Assembly (NCBI GenBank): GCA_052327205.1
Contig: CM126209.1
Location: forward strand, 34,286,001 to 34,350,000
DNA length: 64,000 nt
Direction: 5' to 3'
Source: Somniosus microcephalus
Taxonomy: Eukaryota
Shown: positions 27,345-40,057 of the stretch, one piece after another
Layout of the letters: every line of letters begins with the position of its first letter
Numbering within the stretch: position 1 is the first letter of the stretch
Notes under the pieces: model-generated
The model's database searches: none
The model's input: the letters and a program-made list of their open reading frames with translations, nothing else
What the model was told of the DNA's origin: nothing
Program-made: the position numbers and the translations under genes

Positions 27345-28107
27345 GGCCAGAACTTCGGGTCCCCACGGGTGAGTACACGCTGGGTACTCACTCGTAGGCC
27401 CAACGAAAGTGCCGGTTTCGTGCATGCACTGCGCATGCGCGGGAAACCGGAACTTCCGTTCCCTTAAAGGAAGGGGTTCACAGGTCGAACGCGTGCGCCG
27501 GAGAGGCAGCGCGTACACCTGGAACTTCCGTTTTTTCCCCAGGTTTTTCCCGGGAGGGTAAGTCTCCAGCAGCTACGCTTATAAAAAGCAGTCGCAAGGC
27601 CTGCTTTTATCAAGGTAAGTGGTGAATTAAGTAATATTAAAACATTTTTTCAACAGGTTTATTATTTTTAAATACTTTAAAGAGAGTTAAGTTTATTTTT
27701 AGCCACGTTAGAAATTGTAATTAATTTTTTCAAAAATTTAAATTATTGTTTAAATTGTTATTTTATGTCATTTATAGTTATTTTAAAAATGTGATTTAAA
27801 AAATTTTTTTATATGAAGTTTTAGTTATGTTTTGGGGCTGAATTGTATTCATAGGTTTGACAGGTCTTCCTGTCAAATCTATGAATACAGATTCCCTGCT
27901 ACCATTGGCTCTCCATGGCCCATGTGATCCCAGGGGATGCTTCGAACTAACTGCGCCCCTGGGATACGCAAGCACTGCGCGCTGGCAGTTGGAGCAGGCC
28001 CAGGATCAGAATCCCACGCGGGCCCACAGCTCAACGGCCGGCGCGCGAGTTAAGTGCAGGTCGGAGGCTTGCACCTGCGGGAAGCCTCCGACCCAAATTT
28101 CTGGGCC
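27345..28107 (+). mobile_element. MITE with ~18-bp GGCC.. TIRs and a 3-bp TSD (PIF/Harbinger-like)
   Basis: Left end ggccagaacttcgggtc, right end gacccaaatttctgggcc, flanks aaa/aaa. Colinear with 61958-63294. Confidence 0.88.
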
Positions 28108-29340
28108 AAAAATAGATCTCTCTGCTTTTATACCACTCTTGTTTAATTTAAACCAGCATGTAAAAAAATCATCCAGCCTGTTCTTAATTCATTTTAGCTG
28201 CATTGGCAACAGTACATACTTATGCTCAACATCTGTAGCTTGCCATTATTTGGAATGACCCCCCAAAAGCTTTATGCATTTTTCTGTTATTGTCTGCAAA
28301 CACTCTCCCTGCCTCTTCCCCATTCCAACATCTCTGAAAAGCCTGCTTCCTGTTTTTTCCACTCTCCCAGTTAAGCCCTTTGTCAGTACACCATATTTAA
28401 TGCTTCTTTTACCTCTACCTTCCTTTTGGTACAAGATTCCTCCACCCTCAACTTTCTCCACCCTTCATTAGCTTATTCTGCCCCTCTGTATTGATACCGT
28501 TTGGTTTCAGTCTCGTGGCTGCCTCTTTTTCTTACCACTCTTAGTATCATGCACCTGGTTCTGTTCTTGCTATTTTCTTTTTGCCTATCTCTCCATAGGA
28601 CTTCTCATCTGAATCTCTCTCCTCTGCTGCCAAGATGAATTTGAGGCCTGATTTTGAGTACAGTGCCGCAGAACTGCTCTACCGGACCTCAAGCTTGAAT
28701 TATACCATTTCTTAGCTTCCCTTCAAAACAAACGTTACACATGAATGGAATGCATGTAAAACTATTTTATTTCTGAGAAGTTTAACCTGAAAACCATGAA
28801 ATAATGGCTCAGTAGTGAATGCCTATACAAAAATAAATCACCTTCTAAAGTGTATAATGAACAAAGTCCAAATCTGCAGTCCAAAGTCACCAAATTATTT
28901 ATTTTTGCATTAATCAGTCTTTTGATTATTATTATGCACATACATACACTTTAAAGGCAAATTAAAGTTTTCTTCTGTGCATAAAGTATAACAAAAGAAT
29001 TAGGTGCAAGATTATAAATGTGGCAATTGCTTAAGAACCACATTTTTCAAATATATATTTTGTGTACAAAAATACTGTGAATTTTCATTTCTGCAAATAC
29101 TTTGTTTACATAATTATATTCCAACTGAGTATTATTCAGATATACAGAAACCTCAAGAATTGTTTTAGTAGATATTATGCTTTCAAGTTTGAGAGAAGCA
29201 CAAACACCCAATCGCCTTTCCAATATGTAAACCACATCTATAGCTGCCGCCTTTCCCCCCTTTGAAGTGCACCAGAAATGTCATGTGTTGTGAACACTAC
29301 TGCATAAGCCAGATAATTTGCTCACTCTCAAAATCCTTAC

Positions 29341-29425
29341 CAGTTTCAACGGTTAGTTGGTATCCAGCCTCCAGTCTCCGTGTTGACCTTTCCAACCGCT
29401 CTGTATTATCCAACAGGCATGCTCT
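29341..29425 (-). CDS. VTI1A: VTI1A internal coding exon (equivalent to human exon 5), 85 nt, RACLLDNTERLERSTRRLEAGYQLTVET, start of the Qb-SNARE motif region
   Basis: Minus strand reads ttttgtttcag|AGAGCATGCCTG...GTTGAAACTG|gtaagg. It matches mammalian RAHLLDNTERLERSSRRLEAGYQIAVET. Phase 0/1. Confidence 0.97.
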
Positions 29426-32104
29426 CTGAAACAAAATTGTAGATGATTATACACAACACTTAAGTACTAGGTATAATTATATCTAATTTAGTGGTAAAGG
29501 AACCATACAGGAACAAAAACACAAGCTAAATTTTGGAGTCAGACAGTATAACAATTTGTAAGTTCAGCTCAAAAGGAGAAATAAAATCTACTTTCTAAAA
29601 CTGTTCAAACAATTTCATTTCTTCAAGAACCTATTGATATTTTCAATAGATGCCAAGTAAATACCCATTTGCTATTTTTAGTAACTGAAGGTGAAGTAGA
29701 TGTCATAGCACTAAGTATTTGTAGTATGAAAGCATTTTGATTTACATTAGAATGTAATCAAGGCTAAAGTCTAAATACCATACACCTATAAAGAGCCCTG
29801 GAAATAATATTTGCGATAGTGTCAAGACACATAAAAAGGAAAAAAAACTTGGCTTTGTGCGCAGTGAGATTCTTGCAGGTTGGGTTAGAATAAACTAGCG
29901 AAGGCATATATTCCCAATTAAATCCCAATTCTTTGCTACAAGTCTGAAATCAACAATTTCCTTGTACTGGACTAAATGAACCAGGATTCTTTTAGCACAT
30001 ATATTAATAACCACTCAGAATTCCAATCAATGAAAACTAATTTAACTACAATTAAGCAATGTAAACATGTAATATGACTCCATCTGAACTGTTATGTTGT
30101 ACATGCATGTGCATATGCTTTAAAACAATGTGAATTCCTAATATGCACTATTACTAAATAAATAGTATATTATTGCAACCACGTATCAGCTTCAATAATA
30201 GTTCACGGATTTGTGTTTCCAAAACAGAAGTTCATTTCAATGGGCTTTTACTTATAGAACACAAACTGTTAAAGATGCTGAATGCCACATTTTCAGTGAA
30301 AAAACTAGCGCAATATTTAGATTTGCTACATCTTCTTGATTATTAGAAATATATCACAGTTTGAGAACAATCATATGGTAGTCTTGATCTTTAATAGTTT
30401 TTACTTGTATTTTTTCTAACGTGTCTTATTATGGGATCCCTCAGAATTTCACTTGGGATTTTATGCTCATTACAGCAAAATATGGAGTGCTTTGTGAATG
30501 CCAGGAGTCTTATTTAAACGGATGTTCCGTTGAATAATTAGGCTCCAATAGTGTGCCACACAAGTTGAAATAAATAGCTGTATAACAAGAGAAGTAGAAT
30601 TTTAGATAAGCACAACTACAGCACAATTATCATATCTTATATACAAAACATCTGTAACATTTTATTGTCATTGTTACTGTCATCATTAAGATACTCTGGC
30701 TTTTTAAGGCCATTCTAAAAATGAAGAAGCCTTTAATCAGTGGACATATCCCTTGACTTTAGTGCATCGTGATAGAATTTGAATATTGGAACTGAAGCTT
30801 ATTTCCACGAGAAAAACAGAAAAATGTCAAACGAAGCTCAGAAAATGTATTTTAGTTAATGCTATTCAGAATAAATCTGTATCTGTAAATTACAGCAGTG
30901 CGGCTACATCACCTTTAAAATGAGTACGCTAATATACATATATTTAAATAACCAAATCTTGAATTTAGGTGAATCAATACAGAAGGTTATTGAAGCATTA
31001 AAGTAAAGCTTTTATGTTCTTTGTACACTCTCCTATTGAAAGGAAAAAGTTCTGTCTTTGCAATAATCTTAAATGTGTTAAGTTTATTAATTATAAAGTA
31101 AGATTTTTTAAGTTTATTAATTAAAAAAGATAGATTTTTTAAAAGAACTCCTACCGCACAAAAAGAGAGGAGAGGAAAAGAAAGATTTTCACACACAGGA
31201 CAGGATCCCACTTGCAATGTTGTTTCCTACCACTTTACGCCCATCAACTCTTTTCTTTAGGGAATTTTAATCCTACTTTCTTTCAGGGAAAAAAAAGGCT
31301 AGACCCTGGTTTGTCATCCAAGTTCTATTCATGCTGTCAAAAGGCATACAAACTAATCACATGGAAAAAACAAGAGGGGCTACCACATTTCAAGACCATT
31401 TTTGAGTTTGACAGTCAGAAGGCTTCACCAAGAACTTTCTTCGCTGACAGATGTCACTTAAAATTGGAGAAATACTTTCTAATAAAAATGGTGCCATATG
31501 AACAATCTGAATCATGTCCATAGAAGTGAGTTGCCTTGCTCTAATGAGCCCCTATGGATCTCCCTGATGCAGCTGTATTGACATGCTCACTTAAGCTAAT
31601 ACACCTAGACCAAGATGCCTTGGTGCCTTGAGCACTGACAGTCTGGGATACTGACAGTGTATCTTGCTTCAATCTTCAAAGGAGAAGTGATTAGAATGTT
31701 ATCATTACCATTCGAAACGTGATTTTCCTATTCCCTCCTGGCAGAGGTGACATATCTGTGAGATGTGGCCAGCAGATCGCAGCAGCTAAAGCCACTTCAA
31801 AGCTTCCCTTGAAATTTTTTTCGAAATCATTAGAACAATGTGTTCAGATCAACGCAGATAGGACCTGATGTGAAGGTCAGACACATTGCAATAACAATCT
31901 ATACTAATTAATCTAGCTCTTCAAATAGTGAGTATACTTGTTTTGGATAAATTATACTGATTACCTTACATAACATAAAAACAAAATGTAAAGAAATCCT
32001 GTAGGGTTGGTAACATGGTTCTCAAAAAATTAACAGTTGACAGAAAACACCAATATTTTCCAAACAAACACAGATACCTAAACAACAAACAAGGATGCAC
32101 TCAC

Positions 32105-32125
32105 CTCTTCACGCAATTTTATCAA
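32105..32125 (-). CDS. VTI1A: VTI1A 21-nt alternative microexon encoding LIKLREE (Vti1a-beta insert)
   Basis: Minus strand reads tttctttccttttcatctttctgtgcgttcacag|TTGATAAAATTGCGTGAAGAG|gtgagt. It lies between the ENQ and RA.LL exons, preserves frame, and encodes the known 7-aa brain-isoform insert. Confidence 0.95.
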
Positions 32126-34166
32126 CTGTGAACGCACAGAAAGATGAAAAGGAAAGAAATGGCAGGGATGAAACATCTGTCATACAGTTGGGTAGAACAT
32201 TAACTATGACAATTTATCTGTTTACATACTTAGTATTAAGAAATCATAGAAGAGCCTCTTTAAAGAGCCTAAAAAGGCTCACGCAAAGAGAATTTTCAAA
32301 ATCATATTTTGAAAGAACAAAGATTAGTTCTTCCTTTGTCAACACAGACGGTTACAATCATTTCTCTCTTGTTTAGTACGCGAGAGATATGTTTGCCGCA
32401 ATCTTCAAAGAGAGAACGAGGGGCTTCATAGCAATGATTTTAAAGAGGTAAAGAGAGTGTAGAGCATTATTTCAAGGTGCTGATGTGCAGATCCTATTGT
32501 AATCGTCTATTTAACAGCTACAATTAAAGACAAATCTTACCAGCAGCTACTGTGAAACCAAACACATACAACATGTTCCATCAATGGGGCTAACTGCACC
32601 AATTTGCACACAGGTATGCATTTTAATTCTTTGAATCCATGAGGTAAAAAAGCTGCTTTAAAAAAAACTCAAACACACAGCGCAAAATTCAAAAGGGGGA
32701 GAGGATAGTGCAGCAGGTAAAAGAGATGACAAACCACAACAGCAGTAAAAGGAAACAAGGAACGAAAAGTACTTTATCGTGAGATATTTTTGGTAAACTA
32801 TCTTATAGAAATATACAATGCTGTTATTCACTTAACATAAAACAAACACTATTCAATGATATGATTGTCAAAGTGCCTTGTGCTTTGCAAGACAGCGAAA
32901 GTCTTTTTTAAGTCACCACCTCAAAATGACCAGAATGCTCAATGGGCCAAAATGCAAAACTAAGCAGGAGAGATGACCTGTTCTCTGGTCATAACCATAA
33001 GTACTACGAAGCATGGCGCAGCTGTTTTATAATAGAATCCAAACAAAATGCGCTCTATCTTGTTTGTGCTGCCTGGCTGATTTTAAAGCTTCTCCATGGA
33101 TTTGAGGATGGTTTTGCAATGGGCTTTAGGTTTTGTTTCGTACCATGCCGAGGTACGTATTAATTCATATTAACAAAAAAAAAGTATTCAACTAGACAAG
33201 ACAACGGTATACTGGAAGCGCTATGCAGTCTGAAATTTTACGATTACATTTTGCATTTTCTTCATTATCATCATTAAGAACGGGGTACTGCCATTTCAGT
33301 TATGATAATCACGGGATTTTCAAACAAAGATTTTCAATATGGTATTCGATACGAGTGGTAATCTGTTCTTTGTAACCTGAAAAATCTGGTACGCGCTGGT
33401 TTGAACCGGCAGAATCTCTAGTGGCCAGACTGCTGCTGTGACTGAAATCGAAACTGCGCCGCAGTATGTGAAGAGCACGTGATGCGCGAAACTACAGAAT
33501 TATGAAAAGCGATAACGCCAATTCCTTCTCTGCCCGCATACAGATAACGAATAAATGCTGAACTCTATTAAATGTCCTTTACACATTATCGCTAGGGGAA
33601 CACACAATTTTCAGAACTTATAAAGGTTCACCATTCATTTCGTTATAAATCCATGCCATGCAACTAACAGATTTGTTGCTCATAATGATCAGCTCTGCCA
33701 GGCTATATGAGATGATACTGACCTCCTTTAGATCTTCGGGAATTAAATTGACCGGCATCAACCCCTGCGCTAAAACTGCAGTATGGTGTATTTCTTGCAC
33801 AGTAAGCCCCCATAGCATTATCGCTAGAGCTCACTACTTCACAGGTTCCTGCCATATTACTTGCATTAATAAAATAAACAAACTCATAAGCAAAGTTTGA
33901 CATCTTCTAAGCTGGAAATTTGCTCGTGAAATAAAAAAAATCTCTCAGATAAAATTTGGAAGGTCTAACATGTCTTCTCTGTACTATGATTAAAACTTAA
34001 ACGGTTTAAAATCGAAGGTTTGTTGTTGCTTAGCTTTGCATTAAACAATGTATTTCCACTTGAGTTGCTGTTAATGCTGTTAGTGAGCAGCTTGAGAAGA
34101 CGTACTAGTCGCTGACCTTCATCACCCTCAAGCCACCCACAAGGGTATGCTGATTAGTGGCCTTAC

Positions 34167-34250
34167 CTGGTTCTCGGAGGTATTCCCATCATCCCCTAGG
34201 AGCTCATTTCGAAGGTTTACCTCATCACTGTAGGCGATCCGTGACCTTTT
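34167..34250 (-). CDS. VTI1A: VTI1A internal coding exon (equivalent to human exon 4), 84 nt, KRSRIAYSDEVNLRNELLGDDGNTSENQ
   Basis: Minus strand reads ...ttttcctttcgtttccag|AAAAGGTCACGG...GAGAACCAG|gtaagg. The translation matches remembered mammalian VTI1A KRSRIAYSDEVRNELLGDDGNSSENQ apart from a 2-aa insertion (NL) and one S>T change. Phase 0/0. Confidence 0.97.
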
Positions 34251-34332
34251 CTGGAAACGAAAGGAAAAAGAGCAAAACTTGTGTTAGAAAGTAGGCTTAC
34301 GAATTACTATAAGCATAGTCTTCCTACAGCAG

Positions 34333-34348
34333 CAGAGCCCCCTAATGG
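34333..34348 (-). promoter_or_regulatory. CTCF-like motif
   Basis: Minus strand CCATTAGGGGGCTCTG compared by eye with consensus CCASYAGRKGGCRS. Confidence 0.4.
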
Positions 34349-35456
34349 ACCATCTATACAAAACAGATCCACTTTAGCAGTTTAGCGCTTATGTATGACA
34401 ACTGTTTCTGGATAGATGCATAGGTAAAGAGACAAAGCACTTATCATCCAGAATTTGGGATTCAGCGCACAATCGTTTGCAAAAGTTGGTTTATTCTATT
34501 GCTTTCACATCACCCACACAACTTTTTTTGGGGGCAGCATGGGGAATGGGAGGAGGGAGATAAAAACATTAAGGGCTCAACTGCTCAACATTTTAAAATC
34601 AGTTCACACAGATGACTAATTTTAAGAGAAAGCACATTTTATTCTTCTTGAAAACTATTCAGGATTTCTAGTATTTACTTTCCAAAGTGCAGTGCTGGTT
34701 AAAGAATGGATGCTTTTTGCAAACATTAAAAGTTAGTCAAGCTGTCATCATTTGAACAGAGAACAAAAAGGAGTATATTTGTTCCATACTTCATGAAAAA
34801 TACAAAGCTTTCAACAAGACTAAGTTCAAAGTATGGTGAAAAATAATTTGTTTAGTCAACTGAATTACAAGTCTTTACAAACACAACAAATTTGAAAATA
34901 AATTGTTAGTTAGCCTAGCACATGTTTGTTACTCAGAATAATATTTAAAAATATATATTTTTTGAAGAATCACCACAAACAGCTAAACACAATTAGCCAA
35001 TCCGTTTCTAATTCCTTGCTATTCTCAGCTTTTTTTCCCAATGGAAAATCAAAACAGGAAAATGATTAAAAGACAGAGGCATTAAAAAGAAAAAACATAT
35101 GGTAGACCAGAAAAGTTCCTGTATTAAATGGGTTAACTATTTAATTACAATAATGTCTAATATTTAAGTAAGAAAGCTATGAAAACATATGTAGTTACCA
35201 AACATTACAAGGTTTCCAACAGAAAACACAAATCAATGTATGTTGATGGAAGCCTGAGTTCAGGGGAATAAAAAGGTTACATACATAAATCCTACATTCC
35301 AATATATAAAATTGTTATAACTGGTAACCATGACATCACAAGTATTCCTTAGTTCTTCATAAAATTGGATATAATGAGTAAAAATGTTTTTGAATACTTT
35401 CATCAGAAAAAAATAACTGTTTTCATTTAAGCATGCACCTCAACTATTCTTGATGC

Positions 35457-35493
35457 TTCATCACCTCATCAACAGAATTGATGAGGTGATGAA
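35457..35493. repeat. Perfect 16-bp inverted repeat with a 5-nt spacer
   Basis: TTCATCACCTCATCAA cagaa TTGATGAGGTGATGAA. Confidence 0.95.
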
Positions 35494-36638
35494 CTGTAGG
35501 CAGGCTACATAACGGAAAACAATTGAATACTCCAAGTCAGCTTCAAAATTATTGCAGATTTCCACAAGTGAGCAAGACTTGAAAACTCAGAAGTTATGAA
35601 AGTCTTCCTCACAACTGGAATTAACTAGATATCTAAGTTCTTCCATTAGATAAAACTGTTTTAACCATCAAAGGATAAAAATAAAGTTTTTTTCAACTGT
35701 TTTTCTTAAAAGCAACTATTAATAGCAAAGCACATTTTAATACTTCCCTTATTGTTATGTGAGAAGAGCAGGGAAGGAAGTGTTGTGCTGGATCGGAATG
35801 AAAAGGGCAGCAGCAGCTTGTGGTGAGAGTTGAGGCCTGGCAGGGGAGCCTTGCAAGAGGCACAATGTGAACTATTTGAAACACAGCCGTGCTTCAGTTT
35901 TTTAAAACTCAGTAGCCACTTTTTTTCTCACCAACCTTCTTTCCACAAATATTAAACCTTCATAGATAGTGTTATGGGCATTTTCAAAAGAGGTAGGATA
36001 ACTCGCAGTTAAATATGGAGAAGACTACAGCCCAGAGGTTGTCGTGCCAGCCTGGTCAAATGGGCATTCGTGGGATGAAACATAAAACAGATTGAAATCT
36101 ATTAAGACTAAAATGAAAATATAAATTGTTGGTTATGCACTGCTTATGCAAACCATTGCAAAAAAATACAACTAACAGCTGATCAAAATTCCAACAAATT
36201 TGAGGCTCCACTAACAGTCCCACTGGTTTTAGCCATTTGTATTTAACAGCTACAAACTTCGATATGTGCAACAATTCAGTTTATTTAGACAACATGCCCA
36301 ATGAAGAAATGCACTGTTGGGTGTATGATTCCTATTTGTTGAGTTAATCTCTAGAACAGGTTTCAAAACTATTGCAAATGTAATACAATAAAGAGTGCAG
36401 AAATTGAAAGTTGCAAAGACAATTTGGTAACTAGTGCACACATTTTAAATTCTAAATTCATGAATTAAAATAAAATGCAGTACCACGTGTAACTTTAAAA
36501 AAATCTTTGATCAGTCAAAAACAGATTTACCTGTAATCTACACAATGATGCAGCATGAATCAGTAATTCACTAATCCGTGGGAATTTTAAGATTATACCA
36601 TATAATTAATTAAAGTAAATCAAACTATCTTCCCCCTC

Positions 36639-37410
36639 ATCAGCCTTGGCTCAGTAATAGCATTCTCGCCTCAGAGTCAGAAGGTCGTGGGTTCAAGCCC
36701 CACTCCAGAGACTGGAGCACATAATCTGGGCTGGCACTTTAGTGCAGTACAGGAAACTTTGGTTTATCCGGAGGTTGAATGTCCGGAAACCTCGATCCAC
36801 CGGCAGAAATCAGGAGCCGTTTTGTTAGGTTTTTTTTCTTCTCGTGGCTTTTTTTTTTCCCCAACAGTCAGGGTCTGCAAAGTCTCTCTGAAGCTGTTGC
36901 TAAGCTACAGAGATGCTTACAAGGTACGGGCCGACTGTTTAGAAGCTGTTGCTAAGCAACAGTGTTTGTTGCCAGATACGGAGCTGAAAACCTCCGTATG
37001 CTTCAACATTAGCGCTGGTTTGTCCGGCAGTTTTGTTAGATCGGTAACAGCTCGGTCCCGTCGGTGCCGGATATCACAAAGTTTCCTGTACTGAGGGAGT
37101 CTTTCAGATGAGCTGTTAAACCGAGGCCCCCTCTGCTCTCTCACGTGGACGTAAAAGATTCCATGGCACCATTCGAAGAGCAGCAGGGGAGATCTCCCTG
37201 TGTCCTGGCCAATATTTCTCCCTCCACCAACATCGCTAAAACAAATTATCTGGTCATTTATCTCATTGCTGTTTGTGGGACCTTGTTGTGTGCAAATTGG
37301 CTGCTGTATTTCCCTACATTATAACAGTGATCACACATCAAAAGTACTTCTTTGACTGAAATGCGCTTTGGGACGTCCTGGGACAGTGAAAGGCACTATA
37401 AAGGCAAGTT
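36639..37410 (+). mobile_element. DeuSINE (SacSINE1-like) interrupted by a Tc1/mariner-type MITE
   Basis: Colinear with the 10787 copy; its gtgcagTActgagggagt motif is split at TA by the insertion at 36750-37088. Confidence 0.88.
36750..37088 (+). mobile_element. Tc1/mariner (pogo/Tigger-like) MITE, 339 bp
   Basis: TIRs CAGGAAACTTTG / CAAAGTTTCCTG with TA duplicated on both sides; internal direct repeat gaagctgttgctaagc. Confidence 0.92.
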
Positions 37411-37699
37411 CTTTGTTTTTTACTTTCTTTATCAAATATTTCCAGTGTTCTGTCCCGGTTCATTTTGATCTCAGTAAAAGCTGTATACATTAAACATTTG
37501 TAATATATTACACTATAGCGTCCCAAAAGCTAAATTGTATATTATGAAAGGAAACGTCACAACATTTGTGCCAGGTTAGACATTTCAAATGGCATGTCCC
37601 ACCATGAAGAAGTAGAAAATTCTTTAAAATGAACCTTGTATGTAAAACAAATGTTTCACTACTAATGTACAAAATCTTAATTTCTTCCACACCCCACAA

Positions 37700-38030
37700 T
37701 TTTTTCCCTCTTTCGAAGGCATCAGGTCATCCTGAGGCACAGTCTTGCAAGATACTGGCAGACCCCCACTTCCTCACTCAAGTAGCCAGTTTTCCAGTGT
37801 GAGCAGGGTATTCAACTGTTGGTTACATAGCAACCGAGCCTAATTATATCCTCACCCGACAGTAACATGCACACCTTTCTAGTAAAGATCACTGGATAGC
37901 AGTTGGGAGCATGGACTCTGGCTGATATTTCCCCTTCCAAGACTATCCGCACTGGATTCTAATTGTAGCACCACTATCACTGCCCCAGTTCATATCTACT
38001 AAATCAACACAAAGCAGTGATCAAACCTGG
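37700..38030 (-). repeat. Old dispersed SINE-like repeat, copy 3
   Basis: ggatagcagttgggagcatggactctggctgatatttcccc..aattgtagcacc is shared with the 26860 copy. Confidence 0.5.
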
Positions 38031-38249
38031 TGCATCGATAAAACAACAAATGCTGATTTTACCATACAGATGGCTCGAGTCTCCATTCCAAATTCATTTA
38101 AGACATAAGCTTATCTCAACAGAAACTAAAAAGAGAGATATGGATTTATTAGAATTTCTGTTACATACCAAGACACAATACCGTAGGAGGTTACATGATC
38201 CAAATCAACAAGTAACATCACAAGGTGCCACTTTAAACAATAACAAATA

Positions 38250-38700
38250 AACATACATCTGTAGAATACCAACATCACACTAAGCTATGCCAGTCATCTC
38301 CTTGGGCACAGAGAAGGCCTTTGATGCCATTTACTCCCAAATTGACAAGACTTCATTGGGTGAGTACAAACGATATAGTCCAACTCTGGCACTCATACTC
38401 ACAAATAAACTGCTTCTACACCCATTGCCACTTGGCCTGGATAAGAGGCAAGGATGTACACACTGCTCATTTCTATTAATCTTGAAGCCTCTGGCTCAGA
38501 CAATATGGCTTTCTTTGCCGATCAAAGGGGTTAAAGGTCAGCAGGACATAGCATCATATAGACATTGCTTCGGTGTTCATGAAGGATTCAGAGGTTGAGC
38601 CCAACATCATTAAAAAATTATTGAACAATTCTCAAACATATTGGGCTGCCAAATCAATTGGACAAAACCCCAATGCACCAAGCCAGTTGAGTTGAAGTAT
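38250..38700 (+). mobile_element. Highly decayed L1/Tx1-clade RT remnant
   Basis: ORF 38287-38598: ISLGTEKAFD resembles ISLDAEKAFD; KRQGC...LILKPLA...IKGV resembles TRQGCPLS..LEPLA..IRGI. Confidence 0.6.
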
Positions 38701-40057
38701 TTTGTTTAATGGAAGCAGGTAGCTTCTAAACATATCTAATTAACTCCAGCCCCCAACCAAAGACAATTCTGAGGATATTTCTCAAAAATCAAGCGGTTTC
38801 TTGTCCATGTCTTCATGGAGACAACCTGATTGCATTCAAATAAATAAGTAAAAATTCAACCAGTCAATTCAAGTGGAATTTTATTATCGCTCACACATAT
38901 GTTTTGAAAGCTTAACAAAATAGTTTCTATGGATGGAGAGAATTTCAAAAATCAGGCTATAGAACTTGATATGTAAAAATGCCTTTCAATTTAGAAAGTG
39001 ATTATTAGGTCATTTAGCTGGAGACGAAAGGGTGAAGTAGATGTGGACAAAACAGAAGAGTTGTACCTAGGCCTCTATAGAAGATGAACTCTTTTTCTGA
39101 TGAGTCAATTCTACATTTATACACTTTCTTCAGATCTGATACCCCCAGTGCTCACAACCTCCAGTCTTTCTGCCGTGCAATGGATGAATCATTATACCTT
39201 GATCTCCTCCATGCCCTTCACTGGGGCATTGAAAATTCTGTTTCCTTCAATTAATACACAGTTCCTCATGTCTTTTGCAAGGCTAAACAACAGTTATCAC
39301 CCTAACCTTCGCTCACCCCATCCTTACCCTTCAGCCATCAACGTACTTAATTTCACTATCTCAGTTCAAATGAAACTTACATATCTTTTTCTAAAGACAT
39401 CAAGAGTCTGTTTCTTCTTTCATGTTCAATATTTATTCATGTTGAATATTTATTTTCACCTCAGCAACTCAAAACTACTAAAGTGTTCTTGTAAACTTAA
39501 AAAATATATAAACAGGCTCTTCCTCTTCCCTACATCCCATGCTATTGAAATAGAGACTCAGTTTCCTACTTATACTTATTCTTTCCTCAAACCTCAAAAC
39601 TGTGAAACCTTACTCCATCTTTATCACCCTTCTGAAAACTTAGGTTTTTAAAAAAAAAGCCAGGCTTGGCATCATCCCGGTTTATCACCTTATTGCTTCT
39701 TAATCTAATCTTTTCAGGGTCCTACACAATGACCTTTGCATTTCATCTTTGTTTCTCAACATAAAAAAAAGTAAACACAACTTTTGGATGCAGTGCAGAA
39801 AATATCTGAATTGCAGAGGAAAAAGAAGTTTCACCAAAACTAGACAATCCCTTTTTGTCTCGCCCCCCCAGAAAGGTAACTCAGAGTTGAAGTTTGGCGA
39901 CATGCCTCACATAGTAAATTATGAGGAGCAGGAACATAGGTGAAGGCGAAGGATCTGTTTTGCGGACAAGGCCTGGCAGATTTTGGTAGACGTTAAAGAG
40001 ATATGTTTTAACCAGTACAGTATTTACAGGTGGAATTGGTGCCAGATCATTGGTATT

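Noticed and set aside
28250-28720. Pyrimidine-rich tract as a Penelope or L2 remnant
   Set aside because: Similarity is too weak to assign by eye.
35463-35471. Complementarity between the hairpin arm (ACCTCATCA) and exon-4 TGATGAGGT
   Set aside because: A match of only 9 nt is plausible by chance, and the arm would be occupied by its own stem.
39100-39651. 183-aa plus-strand ORF
   Set aside because: Pyrimidine-rich, low-complexity sequence with no recognisable motif; probably a decayed repeat.
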